In this document: positions 38,144-50,521 of the stretch, piece by piece
How the letters are laid out: the number at the start of each line of letters is the position of its first letter
Position numbering within the stretch: the first letter of the stretch is position 1
Assembly (NCBI GenBank): GCA_017402845.1
Contig: JAFPLH010000028.1
Coordinates: forward strand, 38,430 to 102,429
Source: Clostridia bacterium
Lineage (GTDB): Bacteria > Bacillota > Clostridia > Oscillospirales > Acutalibacteraceae
DNA: 64,000 nucleotides
Direction: 5' to 3'
Made by a program: the position numbers and the translations under genes
Notes under the pieces: model-generated
The model's input: only the letters and a program-made list of their open reading frames with translations
Database searches by the model: none
Told to the model about the DNA's origin: nothing

Positions 38144-38185
38144 TTTTTTTGATATAATTGTATTTGTATAATTATATCAAAAAAA
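38144..38185. repeat. perfect 16-bp AT-rich inverted repeat (TTTTTTTGATATAATT-N10-AATTATATCAAAAAAA) in a divergent promoter region
   Basis: Read directly from the sequence. It lies 58 nt upstream of the FHA-SEDS gene start and contains two TATAAT hexamers. Confidence 0.6.
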
Positions 38186-38242
38186 GACTCGTAACTTTTA
38201 TCCCGGAGCGACGTCTTTTTATCTAAAACGGAGGTATTTATA

Positions 38243-39964
38243 TTGGACGGATTCTTGGGATTTGTATTTGATCTTTTAGCCGTAATACTTCGTGTATCAG
38301 TTCCGGTATTTTCGGTGATTATCTTATACAAAATATATTCATCGCTTCGCAATAACAGACGAGAAGAACGCCCGCTTATAATGCTCTTTGACGAAAACGA
38401 GCAAAAGGCTGTTCCCGTACTGTATTGGGAAAACTCGATAGGCAGAAGCAAAAGCTGCGATATTTGCCTGCCGGACGCTACTGTATCGAGAGAACACGCT
38501 GTTCTGCTCAGACGTGATAATGGCTGGAGTATATCGGACAACGATTCGAAAGCCGGTGTTTTTGTAAACAACGAAAAGATCACCGAACGCACTAACATCT
38601 ATCTGAATGATGAAATAAGAATAGGCTCTACAAATTTATCTGTAAAGCGAGCTGAGGAGTTTGAGGGTGCGTCACGCCGTTCGTGGTTTTTCAGAAACAG
38701 CGGTAAACGCAGCATTAGTCCGAAAATGCTGTTAGTTCTTATATCCTTTTTCTTTTTATTGGTATGCGGCGACGCAAGTCTTAACTCTGAAGCTCTGCAT
38801 ACAGGCATAATTGATCTTATGCCCTTTACCTACGGTTTGATCACAATAGGTCTGATGTGGGCAACTTATACATTGACAACGCTTGTATTCAAACGTGTAA
38901 ACTTTGAAATTGAGAGCCTTGCATTTTTCCTCACGGGAATGGGTGTGCTTATCTCTGTACACCAGACAGAAAAGCAAGCGATAGTTCAGCTTATTTCCGC
39001 CACTGTCGGTATAATACTTTTTGAGTTCCTTATAATCTTTATGGAAGATCCAGACCGTGTCGGCAGGTGGTCAAAATGGATATATATATCATCTTTGGGA
39101 CTGCTTGCAATAAACCTTGTTTTCGGACGAACTCAGTACGGCGCTGCAAACTGGATCTCTATCGGGGGAATATCCGTACAGCCTTCAGAGGTAGTTAAAG
39201 TAGGCTTTATCTTTGTAGGTTCGGCAGGTCTTGACCAGCTTCAGACAAAGAAAAACCTTTTCGGATTTCTTATCTTCTCCGCAGTATGCGTAGGCGCCCT
39301 TGCCTTAATGGGTGACTTTGGTACTGCGCTGATCTTCTTTATAACTTACTTGCTCATATCGTTCATGCGTTCGGGCGACTTCAAGACTTTGTTTGTAGCA
39401 GTTGGGGCAGCAGTATTCGCTTCTGTTATCGTACTGCGATTCAAGCCTTACATTATGGACAGATTCAGCGCATGGGGACACGTTTTTGAAGAACCTTATG
39501 TCTGGGATACGGGCTTCCAGCAAGCAAGAACTCTTATTTACTGTGCAAGCGGAGGTCTTTTCGGAGTAGGACTGGGCAACGGCTTCTGTAAAAATCTTTT
39601 CGCCTCTGAAAGCGATATAGTTATTGGTATTCTCTGCGAAGAACTGGGAATTATAGTTGCTGTTGTGCTTGCTATCTCGGTAGGTGCGCTTGTATTCTAT
39701 GCGCGAGCAATTACAACACGAAGCAGAAGTACGTTCTACTCTATTTCGGCTTGCTGTGCGGCAGGCTTGCTTGTAATTCAGCTTTCACTCAACATTTTCG
39801 GTGCAACAGATATTTTGCCGCTTACCGGTGTAACATTTCCGTTTATCAGCGCAGGCGGATCGAGTATGATATCATGCTGGGGATTACTTGCGTTTATAAA
39901 AGCAGCAGACGAACGTACTTATGCTATAAGACGAGAGAGTTTATTCAGCTCGTCGGAAGAATAA
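38243..39964 (+). CDS. FHA-domain / SEDS (FtsW-RodA-SpoVE) fusion protein
   Basis: TTG start after GGAGG plus 8 nt. After one TM segment comes an FHA domain (GRSKSCDICLPDATVSREHAVLLRRDNGWSISDNDSKAGVFVNNEKI). A ~10-TM SEDS polymerase domain follows (PSEVVKVGFI, GDFGTALIFF, LPLTGVTFPFISAGGSSM). Confidence 0.9.
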   Translation: MDGFLGFVFDLLAVILRVSVPVFSVIILYKIYSSLRNNRREERPLIMLFDENEQKAVPVLYWENSIGRSKSCDICLPDATVSREHAVLLRRDNGWSISDNDSKAGVFVNNEKITERTNIYLNDEIRIGSTNLSVKRAEEFEGASRRSWFFRNSGKRSISPKMLLVLISFFFLLVCGDASLNSEALHTGIIDLMPFTYGLITIGLMWATYTLTTLVFKRVNFEIESLAFFLTGMGVLISVHQTEKQAIVQLISATVGIILFEFLIIFMEDPDRVGRWSKWIYISSLGLLAINLVFGRTQYGAANWISIGGISVQPSEVVKVGFIFVGSAGLDQLQTKKNLFGFLIFSAVCVGALALMGDFGTALIFFITYLLISFMRSGDFKTLFVAVGAAVFASVIVLRFKPYIMDRFSAWGHVFEEPYVWDTGFQQARTLIYCASGGLFGVGLGNGFCKNLFASESDIVIGILCEELGIIVAVVLAISVGALVFYARAITTRSRSTFYSISACCAAGLLVIQLSLNIFGATDILPLTGVTFPFISAGGSSMISCWGLLAFIKAADERTYAIRRESLFSSSEE

Positions 39965-39988
39965 TGCAAAGGGAGGCTTCTGATTTTA

Positions 39989-41380
39989 ATGAAAAAAGTT
40001 CTTAACAGATCTTTGCTCACTTGGTTTTTGGCGATTGCTTTCTTTATTGGATTGGGATATTTTGTTGTAAACTTAGTAATACACTCCTCGGAATGGGCTC
40101 AAAAGCCGATGAACGCTCACCTTTCAGTTACCGGACTTGCTCAGGCAGGCGACATATACGACAGAAACGGAGTTCTTCTTGCAACAAGCATTGACGGCGA
40201 GAGATATTACAGCAACGATTACAGCACTCGTCTTGCAATGCTTCATACGGTAGGCGACGACAGCGTTAATATATCAACAGCGCTTCAAAGCGTATACCGC
40301 ACAGGACTGACAGGCTACAACTATATATTAGGCTTAGGTCTGCCCGATTCTTTCAGAAGCAGCAGCGATATTAATACCACTCTTGATTCTGCGGCTTGTG
40401 CGGCTGCTTACAATGCAATGTCAAAGAACAATTATAAAGGTGCTTGTGTTGTATACAACTACAAAACAGGTGAAGTAATATGTGATGTCAGTACACCATC
40501 GTATGATCCATACGAACCTGTAACTATAAAAGAGGGCGATCACACTTATGACGGCGTATATCTTGACAACGTTATAAGCTCTACATACCCTCCGGGTTCT
40601 ACTTTTAAGCTTGTTACGGCTGCCGCTGCGCTTGAAACAATAGAGGGTTCAGAAAACAGACTTCTTTACTGCGAGGGCAGTAAAATTATCGGGGGCGAAT
40701 ATGTAACATGCGTCGAACCTCACGGCGAAATTAATATGAAAGACGCTATGGCTGTATCATGCAACATATATTTCGCTGAACTTGCAGTAGAGCTTGGTCC
40801 TGAAAAAATGACAGAGTATGCAGAGGCTATGGGTTTTAATAAAAGCTTTAAGCTTGACGCAAATGATATTGCTATGTCACGTTTCAGCGTAAAAGACGCT
40901 GATACGGCAGCTTTGGCATGGTCGGGTGTAGGTCAATATACTGATATGGCAAATCCCATGCACATGGCAATGATCTGCTCTGCGATTGCAAACGGCGGAA
41001 CACCCACTGAACCATACATATTGGAAAGTGTAAACTCTTTATTTAATTTCAAGAATATTCTCACTGACACTCACGGCAAAAATGGAACAAGAATGATCAA
41101 AAGCTCAACGGCTTCAAAGCTCGGTGAAATGATGAGGTTTACCGTCAGCGATTATTACGGTGATTCTATGTTTGGCGATCTGCACGTAGCAGCAAAAACA
41201 GGTACGGCAGAGGTTGCAAACGGTGAACCCGACGGTTGGATAGTTGGTTATGTTACAGACGAAGGCTGCCCGTTGGCTTTCGCTGTATGTATAGAACACG
41301 GCGGCTTCGGATTTAGCTCTGCCGGACCGGTTGCTTATGCGGCTCTTGCTGCGTCTGCAAAGGCTGTAAGAGGGTACTAA
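39989..41380 (+). CDS. class B penicillin-binding protein (transpeptidase)
   Basis: N-terminal TM anchor plus STFK, SCN and KTGT active-site motifs. It lies 24 nt downstream of the SEDS gene. Confidence 0.9.
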   Translation: MKKVLNRSLLTWFLAIAFFIGLGYFVVNLVIHSSEWAQKPMNAHLSVTGLAQAGDIYDRNGVLLATSIDGERYYSNDYSTRLAMLHTVGDDSVNISTALQSVYRTGLTGYNYILGLGLPDSFRSSSDINTTLDSAACAAAYNAMSKNNYKGACVVYNYKTGEVICDVSTPSYDPYEPVTIKEGDHTYDGVYLDNVISSTYPPGSTFKLVTAAAALETIEGSENRLLYCEGSKIIGGEYVTCVEPHGEINMKDAMAVSCNIYFAELAVELGPEKMTEYAEAMGFNKSFKLDANDIAMSRFSVKDADTAALAWSGVGQYTDMANPMHMAMICSAIANGGTPTEPYILESVNSLFNFKNILTDTHGKNGTRMIKSSTASKLGEMMRFTVSDYYGDSMFGDLHVAAKTGTAEVANGEPDGWIVGYVTDEGCPLAFAVCIEHGGFGFSSAGPVAYAALAASAKAVRGY

Positions 41381-41419
41381 TCAATTTCAATGTTCAAGCA
41401 ATAATATTTTTCATTTTAG

Positions 41420-41465
41420 AAGGCAATACCACAATGATCTTTCAGGCGGTGTTGCCTTTATTCTA
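41420..41465 (+). terminator. probable terminator after the PBP gene
   Basis: AAGGCAATACCAC...GCGGTGTTGCCTT stem followed by TTATTCT. The U-tract is weak. Confidence 0.45.
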
Positions 41466-41554
41466 TACCCTATTTTAACATTTTTGTAAGCTTATGCGAA
41501 ATAATGAATTAAAAGTTTGTTCAGCAAAAATCAAAGATACAAATATATCACAAT

Positions 41555-41587
41555 AAAAAAAAACAGGGTACTTTTTCAAGCACCCTT
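41555..41587 (-). terminator. Rho-independent terminator after the SPFH gene
   Basis: On the minus strand the sequence reads AGGGTGC-ttgaaaaa-GTACCCT followed by GTTTTTTTTT. Confidence 0.6.
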
Positions 41588-41616
41588 AATAATACTATCT
41601 ATGCGATAATCTGAAA

Positions 41617-42519
41617 TTACTGCTTTATATCTGCATTTGCAACTTCTTTGATAGAAGTAACAAGACCTGCAAGATTCTGAAGCTCTGAAGGAATGATGAT
41701 CTTTGTAGCTTTGCCGTCTGCAACCTTCTGGAATGTTTCCAGACTCTTGAGCTGAATAACCTTATCTGTCGGAGCAGCTTCATTAAGCATTCTCAATGCG
41801 TCTGCATAAGCCTTCTGTACTGTAAGAATAGCTTCTGCCTCACCTTGCGCTTCACGAATCTTAGACTCTCTTATAGCGTCTGCCTGAAGAATTGCTGCCT
41901 CTTTATGACCTTGTGCAACAAGGATCTGACCTTGCTTTTCACCTTCTGCGTCAAGAATTCTTGCACGGCGTTCACGCTCTGCCTTCATCTGCTTCTCCAT
42001 GGCGTCTTGAATCTCACGAGGCGGAAGAATGTTTTTAAGCTCTACACGGTTTACCTTTATGCCCCATGCGTCTGTTGCTTCGTCAAGAATAAGCTTGATC
42101 TTTGTATTGATAACGTCACGAGATGTAAGAGTGTGGTCAAGCTCAAGCTCACCAACGATATTACGAAGTGTGGTTGCTGTAAGATTTTCTATAGCTGCTA
42201 TCGGACGCTCTACACCGTAAGTATAAAGCTTAGGATCGGTTATCTGGAAATATACAACAGTGTCGATCTGCATTGTAACGTTATCCTTTGTGATAACCTG
42301 CTGCGGCGGAAAGTCTACAACCTGCTCTTTTAAAGAAACCTTGCGTGCGATTCTGTCAAAGAACGGTACTTTTACGTGCAAGCCTGTTCCCCATGTTGCA
42401 GAGTATGCACCCAATTTCTCGATTACGTAGGCATTAGCCTGCGGTACGATCTTAACGTTTGAAATAACAATGCAAAGTACAATAAAAATCACAACTGCAA
42501 TAAAAATTAAAAATGGCAT
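41617..42519 (-). CDS. SPFH/band-7 (stomatin-like) protein
   Basis: N-terminal TM anchor, then an SPFH domain and a coiled-coil (MEKQMKAERERRARILDAEGEKQ). It is paired with nfeD. Confidence 0.9.
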   Translation of the reverse strand: MPFLIFIAVVIFIVLCIVISNVKIVPQANAYVIEKLGAYSATWGTGLHVKVPFFDRIARKVSLKEQVVDFPPQQVITKDNVTMQIDTVVYFQITDPKLYTYGVERPIAAIENLTATTLRNIVGELELDHTLTSRDVINTKIKLILDEATDAWGIKVNRVELKNILPPREIQDAMEKQMKAERERRARILDAEGEKQGQILVAQGHKEAAILQADAIRESKIREAQGEAEAILTVQKAYADALRMLNEAAPTDKVIQLKSLETFQKVADGKATKIIIPSELQNLAGLVTSIKEVANADIKQ

Positions 42520-42550
42520 AATAAAAAACTCCTCTCAAACAAATAAAAAA

Positions 42551-43003
42551 TCATTTTTCTGTCGAAACAACAGGCGTAACTATAAGCTTTACTCCGCTGA
42601 TCTCTTTTACGGTAACCTTTGTGCCTTCGGATATGATCTGATTGTTTTCAGTTCTGGCTGTCCATGTATTGCCCGATACTTTAACCTGACCTGTACCCTC
42701 GGTGTTATTTATCTCCTGCGTTACAACAGCGATCTTACCGATATTTCTGTCTGCGTTCGTAGCCTCTGTTTTGACCTGTCTTGCCTTTTGCACATAAGGC
42801 TTGGTGATGATAAGCATAAACAGCGATACTCCCACAAACAAAGCAAGCTGTATTGCAAGGTTTGGTACAAAAAAGCTGACAATTGCAGCCGCCAATGCAC
42901 CAACAACAAACCATACAGAAACAAGCTGTGTTGTTAGCCCCTCTGCTACCGCCATTATCACCATAACAGCGATCCATACATACGGCAAATAATCCATATA
43001 CAT
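42551..43003 (-). CDS. NfeD family membrane protein
   Basis: 150 aa with three TM segments and a C-terminal OB-fold (GTGQVKVSGNTWTAR), upstream of the SPFH gene. Confidence 0.85.
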   Translation of the reverse strand: MYMDYLPYVWIAVMVIMAVAEGLTTQLVSVWFVVGALAAAIVSFFVPNLAIQLALFVGVSLFMLIITKPYVQKARQVKTEATNADRNIGKIAVVTQEINNTEGTGQVKVSGNTWTARTENNQIISEGTKVTVKEISGVKLIVTPVVSTEK

Positions 43004-43082
43004 ACCTCCCTTTATGGCAATGCAAAATAATTAGTGCTGTTGACAAATACGAACACTTACTTGACGCATTGTCCATATTTTT

Positions 43083-43111
43083 ATTGTAGCATATTTCGAT
43101 ATTTTCGTCAA
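43083..43111 (-). promoter_or_regulatory. sigma-A type promoter for nfeD-SPFH (TTGACG-N17-TACAAT)
   Basis: Read on the minus strand, ~80 nt upstream of the nfeD start. Confidence 0.5.
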
Positions 43112-43159
43112 TATTTCTCGTATGATTTTTATATGCGTCCCTTATATATATGCAGACAA

Positions 43160-43570
43160 TCAGATAAGAATACCGTCAAGATGATCTGTTTCGTGCTGAA
43201 TTATCTGTGCTGTATATCCGGAAAACTTATCTCTATGCTTTTTAAACGCTGTGTCGCTGTATTCTACCTCGATTTCTTTGTATCTTATCGTTTTGCGTAC
43301 TCCCTCTAAAGACAAACAGCCTTCTTCTGTTTCATACGGATACGCTTTCTTCACAATTTTCGGGTTTATCATTACTATGTGAATCATTTCCACAGCAACA
43401 ATTATTACTCTCTTTTTATACCCTATCATATTAGCAGCCATACCTACACATCTATCGGAATTAGCTTTCAGTGTATCTTTCAGATCTTCGATAACGTTAT
43501 TATCCTTTTGTGTTGCCGGCTCTGATTTTCTGCTTAAAAAGATAGTATCCTTTACAATTGGTTTTATCAT
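43160..43570 (-). CDS. def: peptide deformylase-like protein (short 136-aa type, motif-1 Gln replaced by Met)
   Basis: EGCLS and QHETDHLDG metal motifs are present. Motif 1 reads GMAANMIG instead of GxAAxQ. The start was set at MIKPIVKD. Confidence 0.8.
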   Translation of the reverse strand: MIKPIVKDTIFLSRKSEPATQKDNNVIEDLKDTLKANSDRCVGMAANMIGYKKRVIIVAVEMIHIVMINPKIVKKAYPYETEEGCLSLEGVRKTIRYKEIEVEYSDTAFKKHRDKFSGYTAQIIQHETDHLDGILI

Positions 43571-43623
43571 ATTTTTTCTCCTTACAAAATACCCCTCCGA
43601 TAATAATTCGGAGGGATAATACA

Positions 43624-43887
43624 TTATTCGTTAAAATCGAACATTCCCGTAAGCAGCGTAGTTTTATCTGCTGTTACTGTCAATATTCCGCCTTCTGTTT
43701 TGGCGATCTTTTTTGTACCGTCCTCAAGCTCTATCTTACATTCACACGGCAATACAGAAGTTATAAAGGGAATATGTCCTGCAAGTACTGCAAGCTCACC
43801 CTCAACGCCTCTCAGCTTTATCATTACTGCTTCGCCGTTGAATTTATCGCCGTCCGGACTTGATACAACAAGCTTAAATGTACTCAT
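43624..43887 (-). CDS. atpC: F1 ATP synthase epsilon subunit, N-terminal beta-sandwich only
   Basis: 87-aa ORF (VVSPDG..F.GE......G.EGELAVLAGHIP) directly after atpD. It lacks the C-terminal helical hairpin. Confidence 0.85.
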   Translation of the reverse strand: MSTFKLVVSSPDGDKFNGEAVMIKLRGVEGELAVLAGHIPFITSVLPCECKIELEDGTKKIAKTEGGILTVTADKTTLLTGMFDFNE

Positions 43888-43890
43888 AGT

Positions 43891-45300
<1,410 letters not shown>

Positions 45301-45312
45301 TCACTCCTTAAT

Positions 45313-46116
45313 CTATGTGCCGCTGCCGGCAACAATTTCTGTAATTTCCTGAGTAATTGCACCCTGTCTTGCACGGTTGTATTCAAGGTGCAGATCTTCT
45401 ATCATAGCCTGTGCGTTTTTGCCTGCCGAGTCCATAGCCATACGTCTTGCAGCAACCTCGCTTGCATAGCTTTCCCTTACAAATCCGATCAGCTTTCCGT
45501 TTATATACTCCGGTACTGCCGAATTGAGAATAGTAAGCTCATCAGGTTCAAATATCGTACCGCTGTTTGCAGACTTCGTTTCAACAGACAGCGGAAGTAT
45601 CCATGAGATCTGCGTTTCCTGCGTCAATACCGATATGTATTTCGTCCAGATCACACCCAATCGGACAAAATGTCCGTGTACAAAATCTCTGCAAAGCTCG
45701 TTTGAAAGCTGTGCGCCGTCTTTTACGGAAAATTTCTCGCTTGAAATAAAGCCGCTGCCGAATCGTTCACAAGCACGCTTGCCTATCGGTATAAACTCTG
45801 CGCCCTCAAACTCTTTTGCAAGTCTGAATACGTTGGCATTATAACCGCCTGCCAGACCTCTGTCGCCTGCAATTACGATAATGCGGTCTTTTCCCTCAGA
45901 GTTTCCCTTTACATACGGACTTTTCCGGCACTCACGAGATGATACAAGCAGATCAACCACACTGCTTACGGCAGATGAATATTGACGGCTTTTATTCATG
46001 GCGTCGCTTGCACCTCTTATTTTCGACGACGCAACCAATCCCATTGCCTTTGTGAGGTGCAGAGTAGAATCAACGCTTTTTATTCTTGTTCTAAGCGCTT
46101 TAGTATCTGCTCCCAC
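45313..46116 (-). CDS. atpG: F1 ATP synthase gamma subunit
   Basis: 267 aa with N-terminal LRTRIKSV..T..ITKAM and C-terminal ITQEITEIV motifs. Confidence 0.9.
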   Translation of the reverse strand: MGADTKALRTRIKSVDSTLHLTKAMGLVASSKIRGASDAMNKSRQYSSAVSSVVDLLVSSRECRKSPYVKGNSEGKDRIIVIAGDRGLAGGYNANVFRLAKEFEGAEFIPIGKRACERFGSGFISSEKFSVKDGAQLSNELCRDFVHGHFVRLGVIWTKYISVLTQETQISWILPLSVETKSANSGTIFEPDELTILNSAVPEYINGKLIGFVRESYASEVAARRMAMDSAGKNAQAMIEDLHLEYNRARQGAITQEITEIVAGSGT

Positions 46117-46120
46117 AATA

Positions 46121-47614
46121 TCACCTCTTCATATCTTTGAGTGTTTCAATAAGGCTGTCTATATCGCTTTGCTCAAAGTAGCCGTCCTCAATACGCTTAA
46201 GGAACTCAGCATTTTCATTTTGCAGCTTTTCATAAAGCTTTTCTTCGTACTCATGCACCTTATCGACTGGCACTGAATTCAGATATCCGTTAATTACCGC
46301 ATAAATAATTGCAACCTGACAGCCAACGTGTACAGGAGAATTTCTGCCCTGCTTGAGTACCTCAACAATTCTCTCACCCAAAGCAAGACGAGCCTTTGTA
46401 TCGGCGTCAAGATCGCTTCCGAACTGTGCGAAAGCCTGAAGCTCTCTATACTGTGAGTACAACAGCTTCAATTCGCCAGATACCTTTTTCATACCCTTGA
46501 GCTGTGCGGCGCCGCCTACACGGCTGACCGAAATACCGGGGTTGATCGCCGGCATGATTCCTGAATGGAACAGCTCAGTTTCAAGGAATATCTGACCGTC
46601 GGTAATAGATATTACATTTGTCGGTATATATGCCGAAACGTCGCCTGCCTGTGTTTCGATTATCGGCAAAGCTGTTATAGAGCCTCCGCCGTACTCAGGT
46701 GCTACGCAAGCCGCACGTTCAAGCAAACGTGAATGCAGATAGAATACGTCACCGGGGAATGCTTCACGTCCCGGCGGCCTTCTGATAAGCAAAGAAAGTG
46801 CTCTGTATGCTACGGCGTGTTTGCTTAGATCGTCATATATGATAAGAACGTCTTTTCCCTGTTCTCTGAAATGCTCAGCCATAGCACAGCCCGCATACGG
46901 TGCAATATACTGTATAGGCGCACTTTCTGCGGCTGATGCTGATACGATTATTGTATAATCCATAGCGCCTGCACGAGAAAGCTCGTTTGCAAGCTGAACA
47001 ACTGAGCTCGCCTTCTGACCTATGGCAACGTATATACATAATACGTCTGAATTCTTCTGATTTATTATTGTATCAATGGCAATTTCTGTTTTACCTGTCT
47101 GTCTGTCGCCTATTATCAGCTCACGCTGACCTCTGCCTATCGGGATCATACCGTCAATAGCCTTGATACCTGTCTGCATAGGCTTGAAGATACTTTTTCT
47201 TTCGATAATGCCGGGAGCCTCAGACTCAATAGGTCTTGTTGCCTTACAGTGTGCCGGACCTTTTCCGTCTATCGGTTCACCCAGAGCGTTTACAACTCTG
47301 CCGAGTAATTCTTCACCTACGGGCACTGACAAAACTCTGCCTGTTCTGCGAACTGTCGTACCCTCTCTTATATCGTTATCATCCGAAAGAATGGCTACGG
47401 ATACCGTTTCATTCTCCAAGTTCTGAGCCATGCCGAACGTGCCGTCTTCAAATTCAAGCAATTCGCTTGCCATGCACTCTCTCAGACCGTATACACGTGC
47501 AATACCGTCACCTACGAGAATAACAGTTCCTGTTTCTGCCATTTCTATGCGGGATTTATAATTCTTGATCTGATCTTTGATTATACTGCTGATCTCTTCC
47601 GGTCTTAAACTCAT
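46121..47614 (-). CDS. atpA: F1 ATP synthase alpha subunit
   Basis: Contains GDRQTGKT Walker A and the rest of the family pattern. Confidence 0.97.
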   Translation of the reverse strand: MSLRPEEISSIIKDQIKNYKSRIEMAETGTVILVGDGIARVYGLRECMASELLEFEDGTFGMAQNLENETVSVAILSDDNDIREGTTVRRTGRVLSVPVGEELLGRVVNALGEPIDGKGPAHCKATRPIESEAPGIIERKSIFKPMQTGIKAIDGMIPIGRGQRELIIGDRQTGKTEIAIDTIINQKNSDVLCIYVAIGQKASSVVQLANELSRAGAMDYTIIVSASAAESAPIQYIAPYAGCAMAEHFREQGKDVLIIYDDLSKHAVAYRALSLLIRRPPGREAFPGDVFYLHSRLLERAACVAPEYGGGSITALPIIETQAGDVSAYIPTNVISITDGQIFLETELFHSGIMPAINPGISVSRVGGAAQLKGMKKVSGELKLLYSQYRELQAFAQFGSDLDADTKARLALGERIVEVLKQGRNSPVHVGCQVAIIYAVINGYLNSVPVDKVHEYEEKLYEKLQNENAEFLKRIEDGYFEQSDIDSLIETLKDMKR

Positions 47615-48150
47615 TTATTGATCACTTCCTTTATATCATGCAGTCTGCGGCGCAAACTGCCGTCAAGCACTTTGCCGTCAACGTGTACTATCATACCGCC
47701 GAGAATTGCGCTGTTCACATAGCAGTTGAGCAATACAGTCTTGCCGCAAAGCTTTTCAAGTTTAATTTTAAGCTGTGCTTTTTCGTCCTTTTTCAGCGGT
47801 ACGGCGCTTACAACATTTGCCGTTACAATGCCGTCGTTTATGTGGCACATATCCTCATAATCGGCAATGCATTTATGCAGAAGCCTTGCGTGATTTTTTT
47901 CACAAAGCAGCTTCAGAAACGACAATACATATTCATGCACCGTGTCAGAAAAAGCTTCGTTTACGGCGTTGAGCCTTTCTCTGACGGGAATATTCGGTGA
48001 GGAAAGAAAATCCAGATATTCGGGCGTTTCTCTCATTGCTGCCGATATTGTTTTCAACCCGTCCGATACTGTTTTAGTGAGATTCTCCTCTGCTGCAAGC
48101 ATATAAAGCGCTACGGCATACTCTTTTGCGGTATCAGTCATTTTCCTCAC
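47611..48150 (-). CDS. atpH: F1 ATP synthase delta (OSCP) subunit
   Basis: 179-aa ORF between atpF and atpA. The AKEYAVALY start is typical. The exact start could be 48150 or 48141. Confidence 0.85.
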   Translation of the reverse strand: MRKMTDTAKEYAVALYMLAAEENLTKTVSDGLKTISAAMRETPEYLDFLSSPNIPVRERLNAVNEAFSDTVHEYVLSFLKLLCEKNHARLLHKCIADYEDMCHINDGIVTANVVSAVPLKKDEKAQLKIKLEKLCGKTVLLNCYVNSAILGGMIVHVDGKVLDGSLRRRLHDIKEVINK

Positions 48151-48640
48151 CTATTTTCTCAATAAAGGAATTTATAAAATCTCTGTGATCGGCGGAATTT
48201 ATCTCTCTGCCCAAAAGCTTTTCGGTGAGAAGTGAGCTTACCTCGGTAATCTCATTCTTTATATCCGCCTCAGCCTTTTTCTTTTCAAGCTCTGCGTCTG
48301 TCTGTGCCTGACGTAATATATCGTCTGCCTTGCTCTTTGCGCTCGAAACAATTTTTTCGCTCTTGCGTTCTGCCTTTGCACGAGCCTGCTTTATTATGTC
48401 TGACGCCTCGCTGTCGGCAGCTGCAAGCTTGGCTTCATATTCAGTTTTTGCACTGTCAGCGTCTGCCTGTGCCTTCTGCGCATTATCAAAACGCTCATCT
48501 ATGAGCTTTTGTCTTTCTTCAAGTGTTTTCTTTACAGGCTTATACATGAATTTTTTGAGAATCAGAAACAGTATCAGAAGGTTAAGCAAAGATATTAACA
48601 TCTGCCATATATTAACAGATATTACCTCTGTTGATTGCAT
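48134..48640 (-). CDS. atpF: Fo ATP synthase b subunit
   Basis: Single N-terminal TM segment and a long charged helix. The start was set at MQSTEV (GGAG plus 8 nt). Confidence 0.85.
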   Translation of the reverse strand: MQSTEVISVNIWQMLISLLNLLILFLILKKFMYKPVKKTLEERQKLIDERFDNAQKAQADADSAKTEYEAKLAAADSEASDIIKQARAKAERKSEKIVSSAKSKADDILRQAQTDAELEKKKAEADIKNEITEVSSLLTEKLLGREINSADHRDFINSFIEKIGEEND

Positions 48641-48657
48641 ACTATCAGCTCCCAAAA

Positions 48658-49858
<1,201 letters not shown>

Positions 49859-49896
49859 AGTATATTTTCACCACCTTCTCTTTGCATTTCTTTGAG

Positions 49897-50316
49897 TTAT
49901 TCTTTGCTCTGCTCTTTTTCTGTTGCAGCCGCTTCGCTATCGGTTTTCTTGCCTATAAAAGGACGAAATCCAACCGCAACACGAGGGAAAAACAAAGGCA
50001 CAACAGCCGCTATCGGATCAAAAAACAGCACGCCGGCACCTGCTGCCGCAAACAACATAAGCATTCGCATTGATTGTGAAAAACGCATTGTCTGCCTTGC
50101 GTCCTTCTCCTCTTTTTTAAGTGCGTTCTGAACCGTTATGCCCATTAGCAAAAAATTGAGAATTGCCGCACAAGCCGAAAGCAAATTGCCGAAAAAAACC
50201 TTAATGCTCCAGAACCCGACTGCTAAAAATACCGCCTGCATAAACACACTCAGAATAATTACCCATACCGATATATATACAGTTTCACGGGCAACGGTTT
50301 TATCGAGTTTTGCCAT
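49897..50316 (-). CDS. atpI: ATP synthase protein I-like membrane protein
   Basis: 139-aa four-TM protein and the first gene of the atp operon. Confidence 0.7.
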   Translation of the reverse strand: MAKLDKTVARETVYISVWVIILSVFMQAVFLAVGFWSIKVFFGNLLSACAAILNFLLMGITVQNALKKEEKDARQTMRFSQSMRMLMLFAAAGAGVLFFDPIAAVVPLFFPRVAVGFRPFIGKKTDSEAAATEKEQSKE

Positions 50317-50412
50317 ACGCTTTCTTCACACCTTTCACAAACCCTTAATAATGAAATGCGTTATCGGTCTATTTGTATAGAAACAAACTATTTTACAAAA
50401 TCAACCACTAAT

Positions 50413-50441
50413 ATTATATTATAAATCTAAAATAAATTCAA
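50413..50441 (-). promoter_or_regulatory. sigma-A type promoter for the atp operon (TTGAAT-N17-TATAAT)
   Basis: Read on the minus strand, ~95 nt upstream of atpI. Confidence 0.5.
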
Positions 50442-50521
50442 TAGATAACTGATCGAACTTGTCAAAAATTTAACAGACAAGTATTGTGCTATTTAGTGTG
50501 ATACAGACAAATGCGTATTTT

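Noticed and set aside
38137-38598. 153-aa ORF on the minus strand overlapping the 5' end of the FHA-SEDS gene
   Set aside because: It is antisense to a well-supported gene, has low-complexity Ser/Leu-rich composition, and starts in the AT-rich promoter region.
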